Shown in pieces: positions 35,097-47,647 of a DNA stretch of 64,000 nucleotides. Where the stretch lies: NCBI GenBank assembly GCA_965178125.1, contig OZ237737.1, positions 558,001-622,000 of the forward strand, read 5' to 3'. Under the pieces are notes generated by a model that saw only the letters and a list, made by a program, of their open reading frames with translations, had not been told where the DNA came from and searched no databases. The stretch's first letter is position 1. Each line of letters opens with the position of its first letter. The DNA is from Bilabrum cf. latius (Eukaryota). The translations under genes and the position numbers were made by a program.

Positions 35097-38000
35097 CAAG
35101 AGTTTGCCACCGTGAGAAGTCCCACTAGTCTCGACCCGGTTAGCGGCTTTTCCGCGGATAATACAGGTTTATTGCAGCGAATAAATTTATCATTGCATTT
35201 CTTAACAAACGGCACAGTATTTGCAATCTCTGCCTCCTACTGCCTGATGTCGATTTTGGGTCAGTTGTCTGATGCTAGCGACCGCAAAACTCTCGCGTCC
35301 CTTGAGGTTAAAGCTTTCCAGCAGCTAGATGAGGCGCATTTAGAGTTTGAATGGCCTCCAAAACTACCATAGAACGTCTCATTGTCCGGGACGAGGCTGA
35401 CTACTACGTCCGGTGCCGTTTGGATCGCAGTGCAAGCTGGCAAAGATGCGGACGCCCCACCGTCTCGCTCCCTACCGACGCATGACCTGAACGTGACGGT
35501 GGGAAACATAACTGGGACATCATCAGGAGCAGGGCTACTCATTCGGGTGGAGGTCCGCGGAAAGCTGGACACGGGTTCGGAGGGCCAGCTGGCCCTCATC
35601 GGCGGAGGCAGCGTGGTCGCATGGCGAAGCAAGGAATCCCTCGCTGCACCGTTTTAGAACAGTTCCCAGCTGCAGGCTCGCATCGGCCTGCAGTCTGCCG
35701 AGGAATATTTCGACCTGCTACTCCAGGGGGATGACAGGGGGTGGTTCCCAGGTGCTGCCTGCGGCAGAGCCGAGCTGTTCCCCACGTGGACGGAAGGCAG
35801 GATGAGGGTTGCCATCCCGCACAGCCTGCTAATGGCAGCACAAGCTTCACGGGTCGATGTTCCAAGCCTGACTGTGCGAGCCTTTGCTGCCGCAGAGGTC
35901 ACAATCAGTGGTGCAAAATCCTCGAGGTCCGCTTGGGATCCACGTCGGCACGGGGAGCTGCTTGGTGCAGACGGGGCAAACGACTGGAGAACTCCGCGGC
36001 CCGTCTCATTTACGATCGCCGTATCGACCCCATGGGATGCCCCCATCGCCAGCCAGCAATGCGTGACGCGATTCGCCACACAGGTCTCTGCCGGTAGCAG
36101 GCTGACTTGCGTGACGCTGGACGGCGCAGAGGCGAGGTGCTGGGGATCGAATTTCCACGGCAATGCCGGCTGTGGCAACGACGACGGTCCTTCTTGCATG
36201 TACGGCCGGAACGGTGGAATCTCGAGCCCAACGACGCTAACCGGGCCGATCCGCATGACCGACGCAGTCAGGAACCAACGAACCGTCCAGATCGAGTCAG
36301 GGGCCAATCACACGTGCGCACTGCTGGAAGGAGGCGAGGTCCGTTGCTGGGGAATGAATGCCGTGGGACAGTTGGGCTGCGCAGGTGGAAGCTCAGAGTC
36401 ATGCACGTACGGACTTGCGAACGGAGTGGGCAGTCCCTCTATGCTTGAGGGTCCAGTGAATATGACCGGGGCTGAAGACGCCCCCCCGGCAACCATGATT
36501 GCGTTGGGTTGGAACCACTCCTGTGCCCTCCTGTAGTCTAACGATGGCAGCCAGCAGCAAGTCCGGTGTTGGGGCTCGAATTTTTACGGTCAATTGGGCT
36601 GCGGTTCGGGCCGGTCGAAATCGTGCAGGTACAGGAATCGTAAAGAGGGAGTCGAATCGCCAGCAATGCTCGATGGGCCCATTGATTTCGGGCCACGGTA
36701 CCAAAACGTCACAATCATCTCCATTGTCGCCGGTGGGTACCACACGTGCGCTCTCTTCGAAGGCGGTGACGTGTTCTGCTGGGGATTCAACGAGAATGGA
36801 TAGCTGGGCTGTGGCTAGAACAGTGGAAGATCGTGTGCCTATGAATAGGAGTTTGGGGGGGTGAGCGCTCCAACTGATCTGAAAGGGCCGATTCAGATGA
36901 CGAGAGATAGCAGCGACTTCGAGACCGCCATGCTTGCAGGCGGTGGGTATCATACATGCAGCCTATCAACGACTGGAAAGTTGCGGTGCTGGGGACTGAA
37001 CCATAGGGGGGCCCTCGGGTGCGGAGATGACAAAACGTAGAGATGCATGTACGAGCAAAGTGAGGACGATCATGATGACGACGCTGACTTCAGGCATGCG
37101 GAGGGTGGGGTTCCTTCGCCATCTTTGTTGGCTGGTTCGATCGATTTTGGGGCACAAAATGTCATCATGGTTGCTGCAGGAGAAAAGCATACATGCGCTC
37201 TGCTTTCCAATAGATCAGTGCTTTGTTGGGGGGATAATCGATTCGGGTAGTTGGGCTGCGGGACTTCGACACTGGCTGGCTGCTTCTTCATGGACACGCA
37301 AGATGGCGTTGCCAGTCCTCTAGCCCTGACCGAACCTGTCGCACTGCCCACAACGCCAAATCGTCAAAATGTGGTGCAGATAGTCGCGGGCGACCGCCAC
37401 TCGTGTGCGCTAGCAGTGCGCGGAGGCGTATATTGTTGGGGAGAGAACGTGGATATGCAGAGGATCGTGCATGGCGGTGGAATATCGAAGCTGAGCGGCG
37501 CCAGCGCTACGTTAAGGTTGGCAGGTTTGGATGCTACGCTGCCTACGAAGTCCATTGCGCTTGGAAATTCGTTCACATGTGCCCTTTCGCATGCAGGATC
37601 ACTGAGATGCTGGGGAGGAAACATTGCAGGGGAGCTTGGCTGTGGTATGAGCTAGGGTCCCGACTGCATGGCAGGCTCGAGGAGCGAAGACCTCTTTGGC
37701 GTTTCCAACCCTTCAGATCTGGTCAGCGATGTCCAGCTCCCAGACTGGCTGTATGATAAGCGACTTGACAGCATCTCGGCGGGCAGCGCATACACATGTG
37801 CCGTGGCATCGTCTGGGGAAGGACTTTGCTGGGGAAATAACTTTTTCGGGCAGCTTTCATGCGGCACGTCCATGCACAAAAGCTGTAGATACGAAGTCAA
37901 TAACCACAACGTTGACGATGATTAGGATGACAACGATGACAATTTTGCTATGGCGAACATTGGCATGCCAGAATCTGGCCCAGTCGGCGTGGCAAGTCCA

Positions 38001-41000
38001 GCTGACCTCAAGTAGCCAATCCGATTGAACAAGGTAGCAAGCATAGCGCCGAGCTCTGCGTTTACATGTGCTCTGCGCGTTAACGGAGAGACGAATTGCT
38101 GGGGCATCAACAATGCAGGACAGCTCGGCTGTGGTCGCAGCCAAAGTGAGCGTTGCGAGTTTGGCACACTTGTGCGTGTCGTATACCCCACGATGCCTGT
38201 TCGCATGAAAGCTGAAGGTCCAAACATACCTGCAGTTCAGATCGTCACTGCTCATGCAGGTGTAGACGACATAGGTAGTACAGGAGATTCCCAGTTTTCG
38301 TGTGCTCTGTTAATCGACGGGCGGGTTAAGTGCTGGGGTGATAATTCCTATGGACAGCTTGGCACGCACCAGGAATACGGATCAGGCGTCGTCGCAAGTC
38401 CTTCGGACCTTGCATCCCCTATCAACATGACGGGAAGCTCGAACGACCCAAAGGCGTTGATGCTGGCAGCTGGAACTTCATTTGCCTGTGCTCTGCTAGA
38501 AGATGGTAGCGTGAGGTGCTGGGGATCCAACACTGCCGGCGCTCTAGGTTGCGGTTCAAGTACCGGACCAGAATGTATGTACGGATCCCCCACGGGTGGA
38601 GTGTACAGCCCTTCCTTGCAGTAGGGGCCTGTGAACATGACCGGTTCTGAGGCCCTCGTCCCTGCGGTGTTGATCACTGCCGGGTCCTTTCACGCCTGTG
38701 CGATTCTCGTGGATGGTAGCACCAGATGTTGGGGATACAACCTGTATGGCTAGTTAGGCTGTGGCTCTCGCGTTACCTCCGACTGCAAGTTTGGCCTTGA
38801 TAACACAGGTGTGGCTAGTCCAATGGATCTCGTCGGACCGGTCCAGTTCTCATCCACCGGAGGGAACCCCCGTGCAATCCAGATCGCAGCTGGGAGTTTC
38901 CACACGTGTGCGTTGCTCGAGGGTGATGATCTGCGTTGTTGGGGATTCAATTACAACGGATAGATCGGTTGCGGGGGGTCTGATCAGTGCTGGGTGCAAG
39001 TCAGCGTTCCCATCGCTGCTTCGCCAATCCAGATTAAAGAGGCATCCATGCGAGGCTTCGTTTCGTGTGGTAGCTTTCCATCGTGCATGTCTCCGCGTAG
39101 CTTGACTCACACAGCTGGTGGTATTTCACTAGGTTCCAATCCCTCCTCTAATGCAACCTACGCGCAGATGCTTCCTGATCCCACGCGATGGGCAGGCGAG
39201 GCAGCGCTGTCCCTGATCACCGTGATCGGCAGCACATCAAAGCAGTCTACAGCGACTGGGGCAGTCGTACTTGGGACCACCGCAGACTGTTCGAAGCCCT
39301 TTGCTGTTCTTCCAAGTGCAAAAGATCGCACCTAGCTTTCCGATTGCGCCGTATCAGTTGATGGAGACCGACGGCTTGATACTGCGGGGGGTAGCATATT
39401 CGAAATCAGGTGTTCGTGGTGGCCTTATCTCGCTGCAAACCTTACTGGCGTGCCAACGGTTCTCATCGGGGGCACCCAGACACAGTCGTGCAGTTTTGTG
39501 TCCTCGAGAGTGCTGCAGTGCCGCGCACCGGCTGGCACCGGTGGCAACGCATCCATCGTTGTGCAATCGGCGTGGGGAATCGAACCTTTTCTCAACCAAA
39601 CTAGGACGATTGGCTAGCTGTCGTATGCCCCTCCCAGTTTAACGGGTGCCGTTCAGTCCGGAGGCAGCAAGCGATTTGTTCCGGGCGGAAACCTAACTGT
39701 GGTTGGGCACGGATTTGGCTCAGCGTCGTCGGAGCCTCACAATTTTGAAGTTACCGTTCAGAACATGCCGTGCCAGAACGTGTCAGTTCAGTCAGATGAC
39801 GCGCTGAGCTGCATCCTGCCAGCAGTATATGGTGATGATCTGTTGGTTCGAGTACGTGCCAGTCGTCAGAATTCAACGAACGAGTTTCCAATTACGATTC
39901 CTCCACCAATTGTGGAGTCGGCTGTGCTGACCGTGAACGCTGGCAAGAAAGAAGCCCGACCCTCAAGCAGGACGCGAATTTCATCGTACAGTAGCAGTGG
40001 GTGCCTAGGTGAACAAGGCGACAATGCCACGGTCACTATCAGCGGCGAGAGCTTTGCCAATGGCTTGCTGCGTTCTGTTGCGGTGGGTGGCGTGAATTCG
40101 ACTAAGTGCTGCGTCTCGCCGTCACGCGAACAAGTCTCGTGCCATGTAAAGGTACCATGTGCCTGGCGATCAACACAAGTGTACGTGGAATCTGCCACAT
40201 GCGCATTTTGTGACACTACGGTCCGAGCCACGAGCTCGGCCACCGGCATTGTCGTACCAAAGCGCCGCCCGATCGTCAAGCCGCTCAACGTCACTGTGCA
40301 TAGACCAAGTAGCAACAAGAGAGAGATTTCCGTGTCGATTCTCGCCCTTTCTAAGCTGTCTGAAGAGATGCTTTTGCAGGCGATGGGTCCTGACTACGCT
40401 GCTGTTGGCGGGGCTCCGTCCTACTTTGAGCTTAATGTGTCAGCGTCATCGACTGGCAGTCTCTTGGTAAGTCAGTCGTTCGAGCGGGCCCTAGGTACCA
40501 CTGGTCACGGACCGAGCCGTGCAGCCATGGGCGGCATGGGCGGCATCATTGACTCATTGTCGATCGAGGATGCGACGCTTCGTGCCAGGGCCGGCCAGGT
40601 CTTCCAGTCACTTCGGGGCCTGGGCGTTGATATGATCTCTCTCACCGCACTGTTGCCCGATGCCTTTACTGGGCTTGTCGACATCAGCGTAGCTCCACTG
40701 CTGCAGGATGAATCGACCGGTGCCTTGATTCGCGGTAGCTTTGTCACCGTCTCCAGCAAGTCATCCGTGCGACAGCTCTGCTCAGATAGCAGCATGTACG
40801 ACGAAGCCTCCGGTGCGTGCCTCCCGTGCGACACTAGCTCTGCCCTGTGCTGTGGCGCACCATCAACGCTTGTGCCACCCATGTAGGGCGTATGGAAGCT
40901 GCCGATGAATTGGACAGGTGGTAGCAATGCATCCTTCCTTGCGTGTGCGGATGACCATCAGCACCGCTGTGACGGAGTTAAGATGCATGGGAGCTCAATA

Positions 41001-42956
41001 GCAGAGCAGTGCGAAACTTACGCAGTGCCAATCAATGAAAATGTGCCTGATTGGATGGATCAGAGCCTTGCCTCTGTTTGGCAGCACACCGTAGAGGAGT
41101 CCCTTCCTCCGGCACTTCGGTTCCCGCAGTTGCACTTTGCATGTGCCGACCACAGCGCAGGCGTGTAGTGTGCTTTTTGCGAGCCGGGTACCCACGCTGC
41201 CTTTGGCTCTGGTGATTCCCCATGCGTCCCGTGTGGGCATCGGTGGAGTCAAATTGCCCTGGCAGCAGTTGGAGTAGTTCTCATAGTTGCCCTCGTCACC
41301 GGATATGTGCTGCTGAACGACATGCGAGCCATACAGGCTGCGGACGAGGCGTAGCATGGGGAAGATTCCAAGGCGACAGGAGCTGAGCCACGTCTTGAAG
41401 AAGCGGACCTCTCCAACATTGGTACAGTCGCGCACGTGAGCATCCTACTGGATTACTTTGCACAGATTTCAATCGTGGGAGCTGTGTTTACAGGAGACTA
41501 CGCAAGCACAAGTGATTCATCCTGGACAAACCACCCGGCGACGTCATGGATCATGCCGGTATCAAACTTTTTTTTCTCCGTCGGCACTTCGCTAGCATCA
41601 CCCGAGTGCCTGCTCTAGTCGCTTTCAGGAGCAGATCACGCCGACGCTGTAGCTCGAGGCTCGTTGGATGTGCAGCACTCCGAGCTGTTTGTGCAAATGA
41701 TCGGTACCATTGTGTTCGTGTGCTTCTTGGTGGCATCTGTCTCGTTGCTCTGGTGTGTTCTTGTTTGCTGTGGCTGTAGTTGCCTGCTTGTTCGTGTCAA
41801 AGACACCATGGGGTCCGTATTGGGCATTCATGGCTCCAATGCGGGCGCTGCGGAGAGCATGATCTCACGGGAGGGTACTGTTGTAAGCACTAGACAGCTC
41901 ACTGCCTCTGCCACAGAGTCCTGCAGTGCAAGTCTACCAGCAGCTGATTCTTCAAGCGGGGGATCATCGAGCGGTGCGACGCGACACAATGCCTTTGCCC
42001 CAACCCTGCTTGACTAGTTCCTGCTTACAACGGTCGTACTGCTTAAGCAGGCTCACCCGTACTTGACGCAGCTAGCCGTCTAGCTCCGATCGACAACGCG
42101 AATTTCGCCTGAGTGTGTGGAGAACTGCGACCGACTTGTCGCTGACATGGACGATTCGTTGGACTACGGAAGCAACAGGCAGGTGGTCAATGCTGTAGTC
42201 TGGCCTGTCATCGCTTTGATCTCCGTCGGTGCGCCTTTTGTTCTTCTCGTGTTCGTACTGCTGCCAGGCTAGTCAAGTAGCCATGGTGCATACAGACTCG
42301 CTCCTCTAGTGGAAAGCTTTCGGCCCGGGCGCCAGTGGTGGGCGAGCGTGGAGATGCTGGGTCGAGTTGCTCAGATCATGCTGGCTGGATTTGCTGTGGC
42401 ACACAGTTCTCAACTGCAGTATCTGGTTCTTCTGCTTATCGTGATGCTGCTGGCTACTGGAAATAGCCTATTTCAGCCTCAAGAGAATCTTGCGGAGAAC
42501 CTCCACAGCCTTGGTTCTCTCGTGGTCGTGGGGGTCACACTCGCTGGCGTGCTTGCCGTGCAGGTCCTGCAGGGTCTTGACGATATCAACGACAAGGACA
42601 AGAAACAAAGCAAGACTGGAATTTTTATCGGACTCGGTGCCCTCAATGCGCTGTATGTGGGAGCATCGATGTATATCCTTGGGCAAGCGCTGCTCAGGAA
42701 GTTCTGGCCGTCCCTTGCCGTTGCTTGCCTCACCTGCAAGGGATGGGACAATGCCTGCTGCCGCTGCTGTCCGTGCTGTGTTTCACGCTAGCAGCAGCCG
42801 TAGGAAGGCGAGAGGCCTGCTCCATCAAGTGAGGCCGCTATTCGTGACAATGCCGTGGAAAATACGCCATGTGCAGTGGAGTTAGGTCTGTCTGAGCCGT
42901 TGCTCAGGAGGCGCAGCCTTGGTTTCGCAGCGTCGGGAACATCGAGCATCAACTAA
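35097..42956 (+). CDS. Very large RCC1/BLIP-II-repeat + IPT/TIG + Cys-rich + multi-pass TM surface protein (~2600 aa; 5' end uncertain)
   Basis: One frame from 35097 to TAA 42954, broken only by TAG. More than 10 HTCAL..G.V.CWG.N..GQLGCG repeats, IPT-like segments, CxxC motifs and hydrophobic helices. Start codon/first exon not resolved (TAA TGA at 35091). Confidence 0.78.
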
Positions 42957-43192
42957 AGGACATGTTCAATGGAGCCGAGGACCTGCTGTTCTATTCGCTA
43001 GATTCCTTATGTCAACTGTGCTCCAGTGTAGATCTGAAGATGGATGTGTTGCTCAGCCTGCGGTAGACAGCGTTGCCGATGTAGTTGCTGCTGTCGGGCC
43101 AGAGCCTACTGATGAACAAATTCAAAATGATTCGCTAGCTATTGCATTTTCATTCACATCGTATATCTACTGCTCGATAGCACGCCATCGCA

Positions 43193-44839
43193 TCAGTCAA
43201 GCGCTCCCGTGGACACGAAGTCATCCGATGCCAGCACAGCCTCCACTCGCTTCTCGATCTCGGCCTCTGGCAGCCCAATCTGGTCCAGGGCCGCTCGCGT
43301 GTCTCCACGCCCCTCAATGAGCCCTACAGCCTCTAGAATATCCACTAGCTGTTGCACAGCTTGTGCCTCTCCCTGTTGCTGCGCTGCACCACCAGCTGCC
43401 GCCCCCTTGCTCGGCGTGAGGGCAGTGGCCCCGCCTTTCGCGCCGTCTTGCTCCAGCAGGCCGGTGCTTTCCAGCTGTGCGAGTGCCCCGGTGACCTATG
43501 CCTCTGCCTTGTGCATCTCAGTGAGGGCCTTCTCTATCTCCTGCGAGCGCTTCACGAAGTCGGTGCACACAGTGTCGAACCGCGACGCGAAGTCCTCCGT
43601 GATGGAAGACTTGGTGGTGTGCGCGGCCTCGGCCACGCGGGTGAGCACCCCCATGATTGCAACGGAGCGCTCCATGGCGTTCTCCACCGCAGCATCGAGC
43701 AGGTCTTTGGTTCCCTTCAAGGATTGCTCGCTCGCCCTGGCCAAGGCCTCTGCCTCGCGTTGGAACTGCTCGAACTGCCTGCGGTCCGAGGCACCGGTGC
43801 CCCGCTTGTCGCCTTTGGCATGCTCCTCTAGGTCCTTCTCGACCCGGAAAAGCTGTGCCTTGAGGCTGTTCCACACAGCATGTGGCTCAATGGGCTAAGA
43901 AGACCCGTCCTCCTTGACCACGTGGTACTCCAGTCTCGGGTACGGGACCACAGTGCTCCCGGCTGGCAGGCGCTGGGGCTTCGCCCAGCGCACCTTCACT
44001 TGGCCCGACACAAGCGGCAGCACAGACTCAGAATCACTGTTTGCTGCCTTGGCTGAAGCATGGCCGGGGGCGCCACCTCCAGATTTGCCGGCACCCGAAG
44101 GTGCTTTCGGCCGGCCAGCACTTGCCTCTTCGAACAGGTCCTGGTCGCTGCCGGAGTCCTCCTCCTCAGAGCCCGAGCTGCTCGTGACCGGGATAGGCTT
44201 GGGAGCTTGAGCAGCAGCTTTGCGGGCTCGCTCGGCGATCGTTCCTCCACTCTTCTGCGCCTTCGCCCTGCGAGCGACACCGAGACCTGCAAGCTGAGAC
44301 TCAATCGCTTGCTTGTCACTGTCAAACCTCTCAATGGAAGACTTCATGGGGGCCTTTGCGGGCTTGATGGGGCTTATTCCGGCGCTGGCTAGCTTGCTGC
44401 CTGCAAGCCTTTTGCTGGCCGCCTCTGCACCTGCTGGCATCTCCTGTAGCGGCAACTGGCTCATTGGATTGTCCGTGTGAGGGCTGACGGCCGATTGGCT
44501 CGAAATGGGCTCGATCTGGGGAGGTTTACGATCTGGAAAAGGTGGTGGCGGCATCGTTCCGGGTGCACTCCACAGTGAACTCGAGGCCCTTGCTGAAAAA
44601 GCTGCTCCAAGTCTACCACGAAAGAGGTCTCTAATACCGAAAGGCTTAAGTTTAGGCATATTGCCACCGCCTACTTTCAGTTTGAACTCTGGGGAGCCCT
44701 TGCCGCGGCCAGGTTGCGAGGTTGTCTTCTTCGTGCTGCTTGCCGGCTCCTTCAGCTCATCATCCGATCCCAGGTCGTCCAGGCAAATAGGTTTCACTGC
44801 AAATCTTAGAAACTCGTTTCTATCCGAAGGATTTGACAT
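43193..44839 (-). CDS. Hypothetical protein, disordered N-half and coiled-coil C-half (~548 aa)
   Basis: ATG 44839; ORFs 43895 and 43496 joined over TAG; TGA at 43193. Confidence 0.65.
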
Positions 44840-44965
44840 TATCCGTGGTCTAGTTGTGGAAAAACCTGGTTTGTGCTCGCTTCGAAGGGATCGGATCAAA
44901 GTGAAGAGCAAGTAATCGCGCAGCAGATTCGAGTGGTCGCAACAAATTTGTCGCCCCTCGACAGA

Positions 44966-47567
44966 TCAACCGGTACTGAATTCGTGCTTTGCACCTTTTG
45001 AAAGCGCCTCACGCCCGATGCTTGATGCTCCTCGCCAGGTAGCAAGCTCGCTCTAGTGCAACACGGCTGCCTCAGGACGAATTTCGGTGGGCGATGCCGA
45101 TTCGAGTTCCGTAGTCAGCCGGTCTCGCAGCCCCGGGAGCTGAGCGAGCCCTCCGACCAGAACAATCGAACTCCACAGCAACGGCTGCATCTCCATTGGG
45201 CATGCTCGTATGCTGTCAGCCACAGCATCGGCCAGGCCGCGCTGCTGGATTCCGGCATCGGCCGGATTGAACAGGCACTCCGGCAGAGCAAACCTGTCCA
45301 GCCCAAGCTCCATGAACTACAGTTTTCCTAGACTCCCAATAGGATCAGCAGCTGCAGAGGACGATCCAGCAGAATCTTTGGTCTCGGCTTCGTCGGATGC
45401 ACCGCCGTCGCCATCGCCTGACTCCATCGGCGCCGATGGTGCCTGGCTGTCGCCACGACTTGGCATCAGGTACGGCGCCGGGTGCTTCCTGTACCGCCTC
45501 GTGGGATCAGCCTCGCTGCCAAGCACAAAGGAAGCCGACACGTCCACATGGTCCGGCATCATGAGCTGCACTCGAGGGCCCACGCTCGGCTCCAGGCAGG
45601 ACGCCAGTCCCGGAGCCCTGCCTGCCCCAAGGAAGCTGTGTTCCCTGTTCCACCTGTGCACGGCCCACAGCAGCGCCCCCACTCCATCTGGAGCAGTGCC
45701 CCGCTTGCCATCGCTACACTTGCTCACCAGAATGTCGGATGCCCGCTGGAAGGCAGCCACCGCCCTGGCCTCCTGCGCACTCGTCATACCTTCCGTGGAG
45801 CCATCTGCAGGCAGCGCGGGCGCGGCCACGCTAGAACCGCTGCCAGATATTGGGGAGCTATCACTGCAGCAGCTGTCGCCACTGCCTGACCTCGCCCTGG
45901 CCCTGGGAGCCCCAGCCCCCACCATGGCGCTAGCTTTGGCAAGCGCTTCGGCTGCGAGGCCGGCCGTGATGGAGGGCGTCTCCCCTTCCTTGGTCGATGC
46001 AGAGTACGGCGATGAAGACGAGGCAGAAGACGAGGATGCGGCCTACTCTAGTCCTGCTGACGCCGCGCCTAGTCTAGGCGGCAGCACCGGTCGCCCACTG
46101 GCACTCGAGGTACTACTACTGGCTTGATCGAGAGCGCGACCGCTGCACACCAAGTCTGCAGCTTGCGCCGCCAGCCAGCCCAGGCACCTGTCCGCAGCGT
46201 ACTGCCTGAGCGCACCCGCGCCGGCCATGCTCGCCTGCATCACCTGCTGGGCCTGCCCGCTCCCCTGCCCGGCCTGAAGCGCCACCTCGGCCAGGTCGCC
46301 CAGCCCCCCATTCCCCCGCTCCCCGAAGTCGACCCCGGCCGCCCTGGCGAATCCCATTCCGAGTCCCTTGCTGTCCTCTCTCCCCAGGAATCGCACCATC
46401 CTCGCGTCTTCGTCGTAGCTCCTCGCCACGAAGCAGGTCGAACCCAGGATCCGCTCCGCCACGACAAAGTCCGTCGAGATGTCCAGCTCCCTAAGCGAGG
46501 CCCTCTCCTTGAGCAGATTGGCGAGGGCTTTCGCGCCCACGTTGACCCTCCGGATACCGGCCTCAAAGGGACCCTTTTGGCCCGGCAGGAACGGTGTGAT
46601 GGTGCACGCGCTGAAGCCCAGGTCAACCACGAGGCATGCGCCAAGGTGCAGCGCAGGAAGCGCTGATTTGGGCCAGTCGTGCTGGAGGAGCTGCGGGGGG
46701 GATAGCGAGGCGAGCAGCGAGCTCTAGCTGCCATAGCTCCCTGCCTCGCTTGCTGTTGCCTCCTCTCTAGCCGTCATGGGTGCCTGAGGTGCAGCTGCGG
46801 CGGCTGCCTCGGAACTGTGGGAGGAGACAAATGACTTCGATTCCGGATCCGACGCGTGTTCTGACCACGCGTGGGATGCAGAAAACGGAGCTGAGTTGGG
46901 CGCCGAAGGTGGTCGGCATGAAAGCACGGCCTGCAGTGCACACGTGGGCGAGGCAAGGACCATTACGGCAGCCGCTCCCATCTTGTCGAGCACGCTGGTC
47001 CTCAGCTTGGAAGCGAGCGATACGGGGTACAGCACCGGAGTAGTGACAATGACAGATCTTTCCGAGAGATTCAGCCGCCCAGTCGCCCGGTCCGTCAGCC
47101 CGAACTCCCTTCGGGACAGGACCTCTCGCCAAATCTCCACCTGCACGTCCCAGTCAGTCACGAACCCTCGATCTGTTGGGCGGCGTATTTCCAGCTGTGA
47201 CGTGTCTGCGCTAGTATTGTCGTAAATGCAGTTGGTAACTTATCCGTGGCTGCAGAAATAAACATAAGGAGCAGCTATAGTAGGTCGGCTGCACTCACCT
47301 CGGACCATCTGATCAATTTCATCTGCTACCAGAACTTTTAGCTATCCTTTGACTCTTCCAACACAATTTCGAACAGATCTGTGATATAGAAATTCAAAAA
47401 TGGAAATAGTGAACCAATGGGCGATACGTGTGCCGAACAGGCCGCCAAAAGCCTAGCTTCGAGTGAACTCGGACTTACATCCGCGGCGAAGGCTCTGTCG
47501 AGAAACCAACACGAAGCCAGCCGCTACCGTTATCTATTACAATACAAGGATTTGATTCCCATGGCAT
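44966..47567 (-). CDS. ARP6: Actin-related protein 6 (~802 aa, 3 exons)
   Basis: Exons 47567-47479, 47378-47299, 47205-44966. Motifs IVIDNGSG, RPTDRGFVTDWDVQVEIW, LVVDLGFS, RVNVGAKALANLLKE, *FMELGLDRFALPECLFNP, IVLVGG, TWRGAS. Confidence 0.85.
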
Positions 47568-47647
47568 GATGAATTGTCGCGCTTCTCGTACCCGGTGAAA
47601 ATGATAATTGAAATCTTCTACCTCGATGACGAGTGCACGAGCGGGAA

